NCBI GenBank assembly: GCA_964057225.1
Contig: OZ059899.1
Coordinates: 10,106,001-10,170,000 of the forward strand
Direction of reading: 5' to 3'
DNA: 64,000 nucleotides
Source: Auanema rhodensis
Lineage: Eukaryota > Animalia > Nematoda
Shown here: positions 38,301-53,200 of the stretch, piece after piece
Numbering within the stretch: the stretch's first letter is position 1
Layout: each line of letters begins with the position of its first letter
Position numbers and translations under genes: made by a program
The notes under the pieces: model-generated
The model's database searches: none
Told to the model about the DNA's origin: nothing
What the model saw: the letters and a program-made list of their open reading frames with translations, nothing else

Positions 38301-41300
38301 ATAAAATGAAAAAGATTGTTAGATATCCAATTTAAACTTATACATTTACTTCGATAAAGAGCCTATTAGTTTGAAATTTTATGTCTTACAGTTCTCCAAC
38401 AGAACAGACTGATCCTGATATTTCTACGATTACATAAAACTCTCGTTTGATATAAAAGCATATTGGATAGAAATTTCGAAAGCATTTGGGATGGAAATTA
38501 GAAAGAAAAGAACTAGTTTTTCCTACTTTAAAACAAACAATAAGAAATAAAATAAAAAAGATTGTTAGATATCCAATTTAAACTTATACATTTACTTCGA
38601 TAAAGAGCCTATTAGTTTGAAATTTTATGTCTTACAGTTCTCCAACAGAACAGACTGATCCTGATTTCTCTATGATTACATAAAACTCTCGTTTGATATA
38701 CAAAAAGGAGAGGAATAACGTTTCCAGGATGTCAATGATATCGAATCTAGTGATATTGTAGAAAAATGTAATGTCAGCTCCATAGGTTTTCTCTTAATTT
38801 CTCTCATCACAATTGTCTCAGTTTTTTTTCTCATAAGAGTTTCTGAAATCTTAGGTGAACAAGGCCGTATATATTTTTTTCTGGAATTCGAAAGCATTTG
38901 GGATGGAAATTAGAAGGAAAAGAACTAGTTTTTCCTACTTTAAAACAAACAATAAGAAATAAAATAAAAAAGATTGTTAGATATCCAATTTAAACTTATA
39001 CATTTACTTCGATAAAGAGCCTATTAGTTTGAAATTTTATGTCTTACAGTTCTCCAACAGAACAGACTGATCCTGATTTCTCTATGATTACATAAAACTC
39101 TCGTTTGATATAAAAAAAGAAGAGGAATAACGTTTCCAGGATGTCAATGATATCGAATCTAGTGATATTGTAGAAAAATGTAATGTCAGCTCCATAGGTT
39201 TTCTCTTAATTTCTCTCATCACAATTGTCTCAGTTTTTTTTCTCATAAGAGTTTCTGAAATCTTAGGTGAACAAGGCCGTATATATTTTTTTCTGGAATT
39301 CGAAAGCATTTGGGATGGAAATTAGAAGGAAAAGAACTAGTTTTTCCTACTTTAAAACAAACAATAAGAAATAAAATAAAAAAGATTGTTAGATATCCAA
39401 TTTAAACTTATACATTTACTTCGATAAAGAGCCTATTAGTTTGAAATTTTATGTCTTACAGTTCTCCAACAGAACAGACTGATCCTGATTTCTCTATGAT
39501 TACATAAAACTCTCGTTTGATATAAAAAAAAGAAGAGGAATAACGTTTCCAGGATGTCAATGATATCGAATCTAGTGATATTGTAGAAAAATGTAATGTC
39601 AGCTCCATAGGTTTTCTCTTAATTTCTCTCATCACAATTGTCTTAGTTTTTTTTCTTATAAGAGTTTCTGAAATCTTAGGTGAACAAGGCCGTATATATT
39701 TTTTTCTGGAATTCAAAAGCATTTGGGATGGATATTAGAAGGAAAAAAACTAGTTTTTCCTACTTTAAAACAAACAATAAGAAATAAAATAAAAAAGATT
39801 GTTAGATATCCAATTAAAACTTATACATTTACTTCGATAAAGAGCCTATTAGTTTGAAATTTTATGTCTTACAGTTCTCCAACAGAACAGACTGATCCTG
39901 ATTTCTCTATGATTACATAAAACTCTCGTTTGATATACAAAAAGGAGAGGAATAACGTTTCCAGGATGTCAATGATATCGAATCTAGTGGTATTGTAAAA
40001 AAATGTAATGTCAGCTCCATAGGTTTTCTCTTAATTTCTCTCATCACAATTGTCTTAGTTTTTTTTCTCATAATTGTTTCTGAAATCTTAGGTGAACAAG
40101 GCCGTATATATTTTTTTCTGGAATTCGAAATCATTTGGGATGGAAATTAAAAGAAAAGAACTAGTTTTTCCTACTTTAAAACAAACAATAAGAAATAAAA
40201 TAAAAAAGATTGTTAGATATCCAATTTAAACTTATACATTTACTTCGATAAAGAGCCTATTAGTTTGAAATTTTATGTCTTACAGTTCTCCAACAGAACA
40301 GACTGATCCTGATTTCTCTATGATTACATAAAACTCTCGTTTGATATAAAAAAAGAAGAGGAATAACGTTTCCAGGATGTCAATGATATCGAATCTAGTG
40401 ATATTGTAAAAAAATGTAATGTCAGCTCCATAGGTTTTCTCTTAATTTCTCTCATCACAATTGTCTTAGTTTTTTTTCTTATAAGAGTTTCTGAAATTTT
40501 AGGTGAACAAGGCCGTATATATTTTTTTCTGGAATTCGAAAGCATTTGGGATGGAAATTAGAAAGAAAAGAACTAGTTTTTCCTACTTTAAAACAAACAA
40601 TAAGAAATAAAATAAAAAAGATTGTTAGATATCCAATTTAAACTTATACATTTACTTCGATAAAGAGCCTATTAGTTTGAAATTTTATGTCTTACAGTTC
40701 TCCAACAGAACAGACTGATCCTGATTTCTCTATGATTACATAAAACTCTCGTTTGATATAAAAAAAGAAGAGGAATAACGTTTCCAGGATGTCAATGATA
40801 TCGAATCTAGTGATATTGTAGAAAAATGTAATGTCAGCTCCATAGGTTTTCTCTTAATTTCTCTCATCACAATTGTCTTAGTTTTTTTCTCATAAGAGTT
40901 TCTGAAATCTTAGGTGAACAAGGCCGTATATATTTTTTTCTGGAATTCGAAAGCACTTGGGATGGAAATTAGAAAGAAAAGAACTAGTTTTTCCTATTTT
41001 AAAACAAACAAAAAAAAATAAAATGAAAAAGTTTGTTAGATATCCAATTTAAACTTATACATTTACTTCGATAAAGAGCCTATTAGTTTGAAATTTTATG
41101 TCTTACAGTTCTCCAACAGAACAGACTGATCCTGATTTCTCTATGATTACATAAAACTCTCGTTTGATATAAAAAAAGAAGAGGAATAACGTTTCCAGGA
41201 TGTCAATGATATCGAATCTAGTGATATTGTAGAAAAATGTAATGTCAGCTCCATAGGTTTTCTTTTAATTTCTCTCATCACAATTGTCTTAGTTTTTTTT

Positions 41301-44300
41301 CTCATTAGAGATTCTGAAATCTTAGGTGAACAAGGCCGTATATGTTTTTTTCTGGAATTCGAAAGCATTTGGGATGGACATTAGAAGGAAAAGAACTAGT
41401 TTTTCCTACTTTAAAACAAACAAAAAAAAATGAAATGAAAAAGATTGTTAGATATCCAATTTAAACTTATACATTTACTTCGATAAAGAGCCTATTAGTT
41501 TGAAATTTTATGTCTTACAGTTCTCCAACAGAACAGACTGATCCTGATTTCTCTATGATTACATAAAACTCTCGTTTGATATAAAAAAAAAGAGGAATAA
41601 CGTTTCCAGGATGTCAATGATATCGAATCTAGTGATATTGTAAAAAAATGTAATGTCAGCTCCATAGGTTTTCTCTTAATTTCTCTCATCACAATTGTCT
41701 TAGTTTTTTTTCTTATAAGAGTTTCTGAAATTTTAGGTGAACAAGGCCGTATATATTTTTTTCTGGAATTCGAAAGCATTTGGGATGGAAATTAGAAAGA
41801 AAAGAACTAGTTTTTCCTATTTTAAAACAAACAAAAAAAATAAAATGAAAAAGATTGTTAGATATCCAATTTAAACTTATACATTTACTTCGATAAAGAG
41901 CCTATTAGTTTGAAATTTTATGTCTTACAGTTCTCCAACAGAACAGACTGATCCTGATATTTCTACGATTACATAAAACTCTCGTTTGATATAAAAGCAT
42001 ATTGGATAGAAATTTCGAAAGCATTTGGGATGGAAATTAGAAAGAAAAGAACTAGTTTTTCCTACTTTAAAACAAACAATAAGAAATAAAATAAAAAAGA
42101 TTGTTAGATATCCAATTTAAACTTATACATTTACTTCGATAAAGAGCCTATTAGTTTGAAATTTTATGTCTTACAGTTCTCCAACAGAACAGACTGATCC
42201 TGATTTCTCTATGATTACATAAAACTCTCGTTTGATATACAAAAAGGAGAGGAATAACGTTTCCAGGATGTCAATGATATCGAATCTAGTGGTATTGTAA
42301 AAAAATGTAATGTCAGCTCCATAGGTTTTCTCTTAATTTCTTTCATCACAATTGTCTTAGTTTTTTTTCTCATAAGAGTTTCTGAAATCTTAGGTGAACA
42401 AGGCCGTATATATTTTTTTCTGGAATTCGAAAGCATTTGGGATGGAAATTAGAAGAAAAGAACTAGTTTTTCCTACTTTAAAACAAACAATAAGAAATAA
42501 AATAAAAAAGATTGTTAGATATCCAATTTAAACTTATACATTTACTTCGATAAAGAGCCTATTAGTTTGAAATTTTATGTCTTACAGTTCTCCAACAGAA
42601 CAGACTGATCCTGATTTCTCTATGATTACATAAAACTCTCGTTTGATATAAAAAAAGAAGAGGAATAACGTTTCCAGGATGTCAATGATATCGAATCTAG
42701 TGATATTGTAAAAAAATGTAATGTCAGCTCCATAGGTTTTCTCTTAATTTCTCTCATCACAATTGTCTTAGTTTTTTTTCTTATAAGAGTTTCTGAAATT
42801 TTAGGTGAACAAGGCCGTATATATTTTTTTCTGGAATTCGAAAGCATTTGGGATGGAAATTAGAAAGAAAAGAACTAGTTTTTCCTACTTTAAAACAAAC
42901 AATAAGAAATAAAATAAAAAAGATTGTTAGATATCCAATTTAAACTTATACATTTACTTCGATAAAGAGCCTATTAGTTTGAAATTTTATGTCTTACAGT
43001 TCTCCAACAGAACAGACTGATCCTGATTTCTCTATGATTACATAAAACTCTCGTTTGATATAAAAAAAGAAGAGGAATAACGTTTCCAGGATGTCAATGA
43101 TATCGAATCTAGTGATATTGTAGAAAAATGTAATGTCAGCTCCATAGGTTTTCTCTTAATTTCTCTCATCACAATTGTCTTAGTTTTTTTCTCATAAGAG
43201 TTTCTGAAATCTTAGGTGAACAAGGCCGTATATATTTTTTTCTGGAATTCGAAAGCATTTGGGATGGAAATTAGAAAGAAAAGAACTAGTTTTTCCTATT
43301 TTAAAACAAACAAAAAAAAATAAAATGAAAAAGTTTGTTAGATATCCAATTTAAACTTATACATTTACTTCGATAAAGAGCCTATTAGTTTGAAATTTTA
43401 TGTCTTACAGTTCTCCAACAGAACAGACTGATCCTGATTTCTCTATGATTACATAAAACTCTCGTTTGATATAAAAAAAGAAGAGGAATAACGTTTCCAG
43501 GATGTCAATGATATCGAATCTAGTGATATTGTAGAAAAATGTAATGTCAGCTCCATAGGTTTTCTCTTAATTTCTCTCATCACAATTGTCTTAGTTTTTT
43601 TTCTCATTAGAGATTCTGAAATCTTAGGTGAACAAGGCCGTATATGTTTTTTTCTGGAATTCGAAAGCATTTGGGATGGACATTAGAAGGAAAAGAACTA
43701 GTTTTTCCTACTTTAAAACAAACAAAAAAAAATGAAATGAAAAAGATTGTTAGATATCCAATTTAAACTTATACATTTACTTCGATAAAGAGCCTATTAG
43801 TTTGAAATTTTATGTCTTACAGTTCTCCAACAGAACAGACTGATCCTGATTTCTCTATGATTACATAAAACTCTCGTTTGATATAAAAAAAAAGAGGAAT
43901 AACGTTTCCAGGATGTCAATGATATCGAATCTAGTGATATTGTAAAAAAATGTAATGTCAGCTCCATAGGTTTTCTCTTAATTTCTCTCATCACAATTGT
44001 CTTAGTTTTTTTTCTTATAAGAGTTTCTGAAATTTTAGGTGAACAAGGCCGTATATATTTTTTTCTGGAATTCGAAAGCATTTGGGATGGAAATTAGAAA
44101 GAAAAGAACTAGTTTTTCCTATTTTAAAACAAACAAAAAAAATAAAATGAAAAAGATTGTTAGATATCCAATTTAAACTTATACATTTACTTCGATAAAG
44201 AGCCTATTAGTTTGAAATTTTATGTCTTACAGTTCTCCAACAGAACAGACTGATCCTGATATTTCTACGATTACATAAAACTCTCGTTTGATATAAAAGC

Positions 44301-45390
44301 ATATTGGATAGAAATTTCGAAAGCATTTGGGATGGAAATTAGAAAGAAAAGAACTAGTTTTTCCTATTTTAAAACAAACAAAAAAAAATAAAATGAAAAA
44401 GTTTATTAGATATCCAATTTAAACTTATACATTTACTTCGATAAAGAGCCTATTAGTTTGAAATTTTATGTCTTACAGTTCTCCAACAGAACAGACTGAT
44501 CCTGATTTCTCTATGATTACATAAAACTCTCGTTTGATATAAAAAAAGAAGAGGAATAACGTTTCCAGGATGTCAATGATATCGAATCTAGTGATATTGT
44601 AGAAAAATGTAATGTCAGCTCCATAGGTTTTCTCTTAATTTCTCTCATCACAATTGTCTTAGTTTTTTTTCTCATTAGAGATTCTGAAATCTTAGGTGAA
44701 CAAGGCCGTATATGTTTTTTTCTGGAAATCGAAAGCATTTGGGATGGACATTAGAAGGAAAAGAACTAGTTTTTCCTACTTTAAAACAAACAAAAAAAAA
44801 TGAAATGAAAAAGATTGTTAGATATCCAATTTAAACTTATACATTTACTTCGATAAAGAGCCTATTAGTTTGAAATTTTATGTCTTACAGTTCTCCAACA
44901 GAACAGACTGATCCTGATTTCTCTATGATTACATAAAACTCTCGTTTGATATAAAAAAAAAAGAGGAATAACGTTTCCAGGATGTCAATGATATCGAATC
45001 TAGTGATATTGTAAAAAAATGTAATGTCAGCTCCATAGGTTTTCTCTTAATTTCTCTCATCACAATTGTCTTAGTTTTTTTTCTTATAAGAGTTTCTGAA
45101 ATTTTAGGTGAACAAGGCCGTATATATTTTTTTCTGGAATTCGAAAGCATTTGGGATGGAAATTAGAAAGAAAAGAACTAGTTTTTCCTATTTTAAAACA
45201 AACAAAAAAAATTAAATGAAAAAGATTGTTAGATATCCAATTTAAACTTATACATTTACTTCGATAAAGAGCCTATTAGTTTGAAATTTTATGTCTTACA
45301 GTTCTCCAACAGAACAGACTGATCCTGATATTTCTACGATTACATAAAACTCTCGTTTGATATAAAAGCATATTGGATAGAAATTTCGAA
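35400..45390 (+). repeat. Nested tRNA-less higher-order repeats of ~3537, 2302 and 1068 bp (boundaries approximate)
   Basis: Variant monomers recur at fixed offsets: 35551->39088, 35919->39456, 36376->39913 (3537); 39913->42215, 41147->43449, 41495->43797 (2302); 43449->44517 (1068). Confidence 0.85.
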
Positions 45391-46181
45391 AGCATTTGGG
45401 ATGGAAATTAGAAAGAAACAAACTAGTTTTTCCTACTTTAAAACAAACAATGAGAAACAAAATGAAAAGATTGTTAGATATCCAATTTTAACTTATACAT
45501 TTACTTCGATGAAGAGCCTATTAGATTGAATTTTTATGTCTTACAGTTCTCCAACAGAACAGACTGATCCTGATTTTTCTACGATTACATAAAACTCTCG
45601 TTTGATATACAAAAAGGAGAGGAATAACGTTTCCAGGATATCAATGATATCGAATCTAGTGATATTGTAGAAAAATGTAATGTCAGCTCCATAGGTTTTC
45701 TTTTAATTTCTCTCATCACAATTGTCTCAGTTTTTTTTCTCATAAGAGTTTCTGAAATCTTAGGTGTACAAGGCCGTATATATTTTCCTGGAATTCGAAA
45801 GGATTTGGGATGGAAATTAGAAAGAAAAGAACTAGTTTTTCCTACTTTAAAACAAACAATAGGAGATAAAATGAAAAAGATTGTTAGATATCCAATTTAA
45901 ACTTATACATTTACTTCGGTAAAGAGCCTATTAGTTTGAAATTTTATGTCTTACAGTTCTACAACAGAACAGACTGATCCTGATTTCTCTATGATTACAT
46001 AAAACTCTCGTTTGATATACAAAAAGGAGAGGAATAACGTTTCCAGGATATCAATGATATCGAATCTAGTGATATTGTAGAAAAATGTAATGTCAGCTCC
46101 ATAGGTTTTCTCTTAATTTCTCTCATCACAATTGTCTTAGTTTTTTTTCTCATAAGAGTTTCTGAAATCTTAGTTGATCAA

Positions 46182-46254
46182 GGCCGCGTGGCGCAATGGA
46201 TAACGCGTCTGCCTACGGAGCAGAAGATTGTAGGTTCGAATCCTGCCGTGGTCG
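46182..46254 (+). tRNA. tRNA-Arg(ACG): tRNA-Arg(ACG), copy 31
   Basis: Identical to copy 1; isolated within the 412-bp satellite. Confidence 0.97.
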
Positions 46255-49200
46255 TAAATTTTTTTCATTTCTCTTGTCATTTACAAAAATCGAATTTATC
46301 TTCTTCAACCATTTTTTTTGCAATGTGTCATAAGAATTTCACAGTTGAACAGAACGTTTTTTAAGAAGATTTTTTGTTGTCAACATATATATTTTTCTGG
46401 AATTCGAAAGCATTTGGGATGGAAATTAGAAAGAAAAGAACTAGTTTTTCCTACTTTAAAACAAACAATAAAAAATGAAATGAAAAAGATTGTTAGATAT
46501 CCAATTTAAACTTATACATTTACTTCGATAAAGAGCCTATTAGATTGAAATTTTATGTCTTACAGTTCTCCAACAGAACAGACTGATCCTGATTTTTCTA
46601 CGATTACATAAAACTCTCGTTTGATATACAAAAAGGAGAGGAATAACGTTTCCAGGATGTCAATGATATCGAATCTAGTGATATTGCAGAAAAATGTAAT
46701 GTCAGCTCCATAGGTTTTCTCTTAATTTCTCTCATCACAATTGTCTTAGTTTTTTTTCTCAAAAGAGTTTCTGAAATCTTAGGTGAACAAGGCCGTATAT
46801 ATTTTTTTCTGGAATTCGAAAGCATTTGGGATGGAAATTGGAAAGAAAAGAACTAGTTTTTCCTACTTTAAAACAAACAATGAGAAATAAAATGAAAAAG
46901 ATTGTTAGATATCCAATTTAAACTTATACATTTACTTCGATAAAAAGCCTATTAGATTGAAATTTTATGTCTTACAGTTCTCCAACAGAACAGACTGATC
47001 CTGATTTCTCTATGATTACATAAAACTCTCGTTTGATATAAAAAAAGAAGAGGAATAACGTTTCCAGGATGTCAATGATATCGAATCTAGTGATATTGTA
47101 GAAAAATGTAATGTCAGCTCCATAGGTTTTCTCTTAATTTCTCTCATCACAATTGTCTCAGTTTTTTTTCTCATAAGAGTTTCTGAAATCTTAGGTGAAC
47201 AAGGCCGTATATATTTTTTTCTGGAATTCGAAAGCATTTGGGATGGAAATTAGAAGGAAAAGAACTAGTTTTTCCTACTTTAAAACAAACAATAAGAAAT
47301 AAAATAAAAAAGATTGTTAGATATCCAATTTAAACTTATACATTTACTTCGATAGAGAGCCTATTAGTTTGAAATTTTATGTCTTACAGTTCTCCAACAG
47401 AACAGACTGATCCTGATTTCTCTATGATTACATAAAACTCTCGTTTGATATAAAAAAAGAAGAGGAATAACGTTTCCAGGATGTCAATGATATCGAATCT
47501 AGTGATATTGTAGAAAAATGTAATGTCAGCTCCATAGGTTTTCTCTTAATTTCTCTCATCACAATTGTCTTAGTTTTTTTTCTCAAAAGAGTTTCTGAAA
47601 TCTTAGGTGAACAAGGCCGTATATATTTTTTTCTGGAATTCGAAAGCATTTGGGATGGAAATTGGAAAGAAAAGAACTAGTTTTTCCTACTTTAAAACAA
47701 ACAATGAGAAATAAAATGAAAAAGATTGTTAGATATCCAATTTAAACTTATACATTTACTTCGATAAAAAGCCTATTAGATTGAAATTTTATGTCTTACA
47801 GTTCTCCAACAGAACAGACTGATCCTGATTTCTCTATGATTACATAAAACTCTCGTTTGATATAAAAAAAGAAGAGGAATAACGTTTCCAGGATGTCAAT
47901 GATATCGAATCTAGTGATTTTGTAGAAAAATGTAATGTCAGCTCCATAGGTTTTCTCTTAATTTCTCTCATCACAATTGTCTCAGTTTTTTTTCTCATAA
48001 GAGTTTCTGAAATCTTAGGTGAACAAGGCCGTATATATTTTTTTCTGGAATTCGAAAGCATTTGGGATGGAAATTAGAAGGAAAAGAACTAGTTTTTCCT
48101 ACTTTAAAACAAACAATAAGAAATAAAATAAAAAAGATTGTTAGATATCCAATTTAAACTTATACATTTACTTCGATAGAGAGCCTATTAGTTTGAAATT
48201 TTATGTCTTACAGTTCTCCAACAGAACAGACTGATCCTGATTTCTCTATGATTACATAAAACTCTCGTTTGATATAAAAAAAGAAGAGGAATAACGTTTC
48301 CAGGATGTCAATGATATCGAATCTAGTGATATTGTAGAAAAATGTAATGTCAGCTCCATAGGTTTTCTCTTAATTTCTCTCATCACAATTGTCTTAGTTT
48401 TTTTTCTCAAAAGAGTTTCTGAAATCTTAGGTGAACAAGGCCGTATATATTTTTTTCTGGAATTCGAAAGCATTTGGGATGGAAATTGGAAAGAAAAGAA
48501 CTAGTTTTTCCTACTTTAAAACAAACAATGAGAAATAAAATGAAAAAGATTGTTAGATATCCAATTTAAACTTATACATTTACTTCGATAAAAAGCCTAT
48601 TAGATTGAAATTTTATGTCTTACAGTTCTCCAACAGAACAGACTGATCCTGATTTTTCTACGATTACATAAAACTCTCGTTTGATATACAAAAAGGAGAG
48701 GAATAACGTTTCCAGGATATCAATGATATCGAATCTAGTGATATTGTAGAAAAATGTAATGTCAGCTCCATAGGTTTTCTTTTAATTTCTCTCATCACAA
48801 TTGTCTCAGTTTTTTTTCTCATAAGAGTTTCTGAAATCTTAGGTGTACAAGGCCGTATATATTTTCCTGGAATTCGAAAGGATTTGGGATGGAAATTAGA
48901 AAGAAAAAAACTAGTTTTTCCTACTTTAAAACAAACAATAGGAGATAAAATGAAAAAGATTGTTAGATATCCAATTTAAACTTATACATTTACTTCGGTA
49001 AAGAGCCTATTAGTTTGAAATTTTATGTCTTACAGTTCTACAACAGAACAGACTGATCCTGATTTCTCTATGATTACATAAAACTCTCGTTTGATATACA
49101 AAAAGGAGAGGAATAACGTTTCCAGGATATCAATGATATCGAATCTAGTGATATTGTAGAAAAATGTAATGTCAGCTCCATAGGTTTTCTCTTAATTTCT

Positions 49201-49260
49201 CTCATCACAATTGTCTTAGTTTTTTTTCTCATAAGAGTTTCTGAAATCTTAGTTGATCAA

Positions 49261-49333
49261 GGCCGCGTGGCGCAATGGATAACGCGTCTGCCTACGGAGC
49301 AGAAGATTGTAGGTTCGAATCCTGCCGTGGTCG
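49261..49333 (+). tRNA. tRNA-Arg(ACG): tRNA-Arg(ACG), copy 32
   Basis: Identical to copy 1; part of a 3079-bp duplication that includes copy 31. Confidence 0.97.
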
Positions 49334-50299
49334 TAAATTTTTTTCATTTCTCTTGTCATTTACAAAAATCGAATTTATCTTCTTCAACCATTTTTTTTGC
49401 AATGTGTCATAAGAATTTCACAGTTGAACAGAACGTTTTTTAAGAAGATTTTTTGTTGTCAACATATATATTTTTCTGGAATTCGAAAGCATTTGGGATG
49501 GAAATTAGAAAGAAAAGAACTAGTTTTTCCTACTTTAAAACAAACAATAAAAAATGAAATGAAAAAGATTGTTAGATATCCAATTTAAACTTATACATTT
49601 ACTTCGATAAAGAGCCTATTAGATTGAAATTTTATGTCTTACAGTTCTCCAACAGAACAGACTGATCCTGATTTTTCTACGATTACATAAAACTCTCGTT
49701 TGATATACAAAAAGGAGAGGAATAACGTTTCCAGGATGTCAATGATATCGAATCTAGTGATATTGTAGAAAAATGTAATGTCAGCTCCATAGGTTTTCTC
49801 TTAATTTCTCTCATCACAATTGTCTTAGTTTTTTTTCTCAAAAGAGTTTCTGAAATCTTAGGTGAACAAGGCCGTATATATTTTTTTCTGGAATTCGAAA
49901 GCATTTGGGATGGAAATTGGAAAGAAAAGAACTAGTTTTTCCTACTTTAAAACAAACAATGAGAAATAAAATGAAAAAGATTGTTAGATATCCAATTTAA
50001 ACTTATACATTTACTTCGATAAAAAGCCTATTAGATTGAAATTTTATGTCTTACAGTTCTCCAACAGAACAGACTGATCCTGATTTCTCTATGATTACAT
50101 AAAACTCTCGTTTGATATAAAAAAAGAAGAGGAATAACGTTTCCAGGATGTCAATGATATCGAATCTAGTGATATTGTAGAAAAATGTAATGTCAGCTCC
50201 ATAGGTTTTCTCTTAATTTCTCTCATCACAATTGTCTCAGTTTTTTTTCTCATAAGAGTTTCTGAAATCTTAGGTGAACAAGGCCGTATATATTTTTTT

Positions 50300-53200
50300 C
50301 TGGAATTCGAAAGCATTTGGGATGGAAATTAGAAGGAAAAGAACTAGTTTTTCCTACTTTAAAACAAACAATAAGAAATAAAATAAAAAAGATTGTTAGA
50401 TATCCAATTTAAACTTATACATTTACTTCGATAGAGAGCCTATTAGTTTGAAATTTTATGTCTTACAGTTCTCCAACAGAACAGACTGATCCTGATTTCT
50501 CTATGATTACATAAAACTCTCGTTTGATATAAAAAAAGAAGAGGAATAACGTTTCCAGGATGTCAATGATATCGAATCTAGTGATATTGTAGAAAAATGT
50601 AATGTCAGCTCCATAGGTTTTCTCTTAATTTCTCTCATCACAATTGTCTTAGTTTTTTTTCTCAAAAGAGTTTCTGAAATCTTAGGTGAACAAGGCCGTA
50701 TATATTTTTTTCTGGAATTCGAAAGCATTTGGGATGGAAATTGGAAAGAAAAGAACTAGTTTTTCCTACTTTAAAACAAACAATGAGAAATAAAATGAAA
50801 AAGATTGTTAGATATCCAATTTAAACTTATACATTTACTTCGATAAAAAGCCTATTAGATTGAAATTTTATGTCTTACAGTTCTCCAACAGAACAGACTG
50901 ATCCTGATTTCTCTATGATTACATAAAACTCTCGTTTGATATAAAAAAAGAAGAGGAATAACGTTTCCAGGATGTCAATGATATCGAATCTAGTGATTTT
51001 GTAGAAAAATGTAATGTCAGCTCCATAGGTTTTCTCTTAATTTCTCTCATCACAATTGTCTCAGTTTTTTTTCTCATAAGAGTTTCTGAAATCTTAGGTG
51101 AACAAGGCCGTATATATTTTTTTCTGGAATTCGAAAGCATTTGGGATGGAAATTAGAAGGAAAAGAACTAGTTTTTCCTACTTTAAAACAAACAATAAGA
51201 AATAAAATAAAAAAGATTGTTAGATATCCAATTTAAACTTATACATTTACTTCGATAGAGAGCCTATTAGTTTGAAATTTTATGTCTTACAGTTCTCCAA
51301 CAGAACAGACTGATCCTGATTTCTCTATGATTACATAAAACTCTCGTTTGATATAAAAAAAGAAGAGGAATAACGTTTCCAGGATGTCAATGATATCGAA
51401 TCTAGTGATATTGTAGAAAAATGTAATGTCAGCTCCATAGGTTTTCTCTTAATTTCTCTCATCACAATTGTCTTAGTTTTTTTTCTCAAAAGAGTTTCTG
51501 AAATCTTAGGTGAACAAGGCCGTATATATTTTTTTCTGGAATTCGAAAGCATTTGGGATGGAAATTGGAAAGAAAAGAACTAGTTTTTCCTACTTTAAAA
51601 CAAACAATGAGAAATAAAATGAAAAAGATTGTTAGATATCCAATTTAAACTTATACATTTACTTCGATAAAAAGCCTATTAGATTGAAATTTTATGTCTT
51701 ACAGTTCTCCAACAGAACAGACTGATCCTGATTTCTCTATGATTACATAAAACTCTCGTTTGATATAAAAAAAGAAGAGGAATAACGTTTCCAGGATGTC
51801 AATGATATCGAATCTAGTGATATTGTAGAAAAATGTAATGTCAGCTCCATAGGTTTTCTCTTAATTTCTCTCATCACAATTGTCTTAGTTTTTTTTCTCA
51901 AAAGAGTTTCTGAAATCTTAGGTGAACAAGGCCGTATATATTTTTTTCTGGAATTCGAAAGCATTTGGGATGGAAATTGGAAAGAAAAGAACTAGTTTTT
52001 CCTACTTTAAAACAAACAATGAGAAATAAAAAAAAAAAGATTGTTAGATATCCAATTTAAACTTATACATTTACTTCGATAAAGAGCCTATTAGTTTGAA
52101 GTTTTATGTCTTACAGTTCTCCAACAGAACAGACTGATCCTGATTTCTCTATGATTACATTAAACTCTCGTTTGATATAAAAAAAGAAGAGGATCAACGT
52201 TTCCAGGATGTCAATGATATCGAATCTAGTGATATTGTAGAAAAATGTAATGTCAGCTCCATAGGTTTTCTCTTAATTTCTCTCATCACAATTGTCTCAG
52301 TTTTTTTTCTCATAAGAGTTTCTGAAATCTTAGGTGAACAAGGCCGTATATATTTTTTTCTGGAATTCGAAAGCATTTGGGATGGAAATTAGAAGGAAAA
52401 AAACTAGTTTTTCCTACTTTAAAACAAACAATAAGAAATAAAATAAAAAAGATTGTTAGATATCCAATTTAAACTTATACATTTACTTCGATAGAGAGCC
52501 TATTAGTTTGAAATTTTATGTCTTACAGTTCTCCAACAGAACAGACTGATCCTGATTTCTCTATGATTACATAAAACTCTCGTTTGATATAAAAAAAGAA
52601 GAGGAATAACGTTTCCAGGATGTCAATGATATCGAATCTAGTGATATTGTAGAAAAATGTAATGTCAGCTCCATAGGTTTTCTCTTAATTTCTCTCATCA
52701 CAATTGTCTTAGTTTTTTTTCTCAAAAGAGTTTCTGAAATCTTAGGTGAACAAGGCCGTATATATTTTTTTCTGGAATTCGAAAGCATTTGGGATGGAAA
52801 TTGGAAAGAAAAGAACTAGTTTTTTCTACTTTAAAACAAACAATGAGAAATAAAATGAAAAAGATTGTTAGATATCCAATTTAAACTTGTACATTTACTT
52901 CGATAAAAAGCCTATTAGATTGAAATTTTATGTCTTACAGTTCTCCAACAGAACAGACTGATCCTGATTTCTCTATGATTACATAAAACTCTCGTTTGAT
53001 ATAAAAAAAGAAGAGGAATAACGTTTCCAGGATGTCAATGATATCGAATCTAGTGATTTTGTAGAAAAATGTAATGTCAGCTCCATAGGTTTTCTCTTAA
53101 TTTCTCTCATCACAATTGTCTCAGTTTTTTTTCTCATAAGAGTTTCTGAAATCTTAGGTGAACAAGGCCGTATATATTTTTTTCTGGAATTCGAAAGCAT

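Larger units (their letters stand above)
45560..51700 (+). repeat. 3079-bp tandem duplication containing one tRNA (boundaries approximate)
   Basis: 46182->49261, 46604->49683, 47840->50919 (rare GTGATTTTG allele), 48252->51331. Confidence 0.87.
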
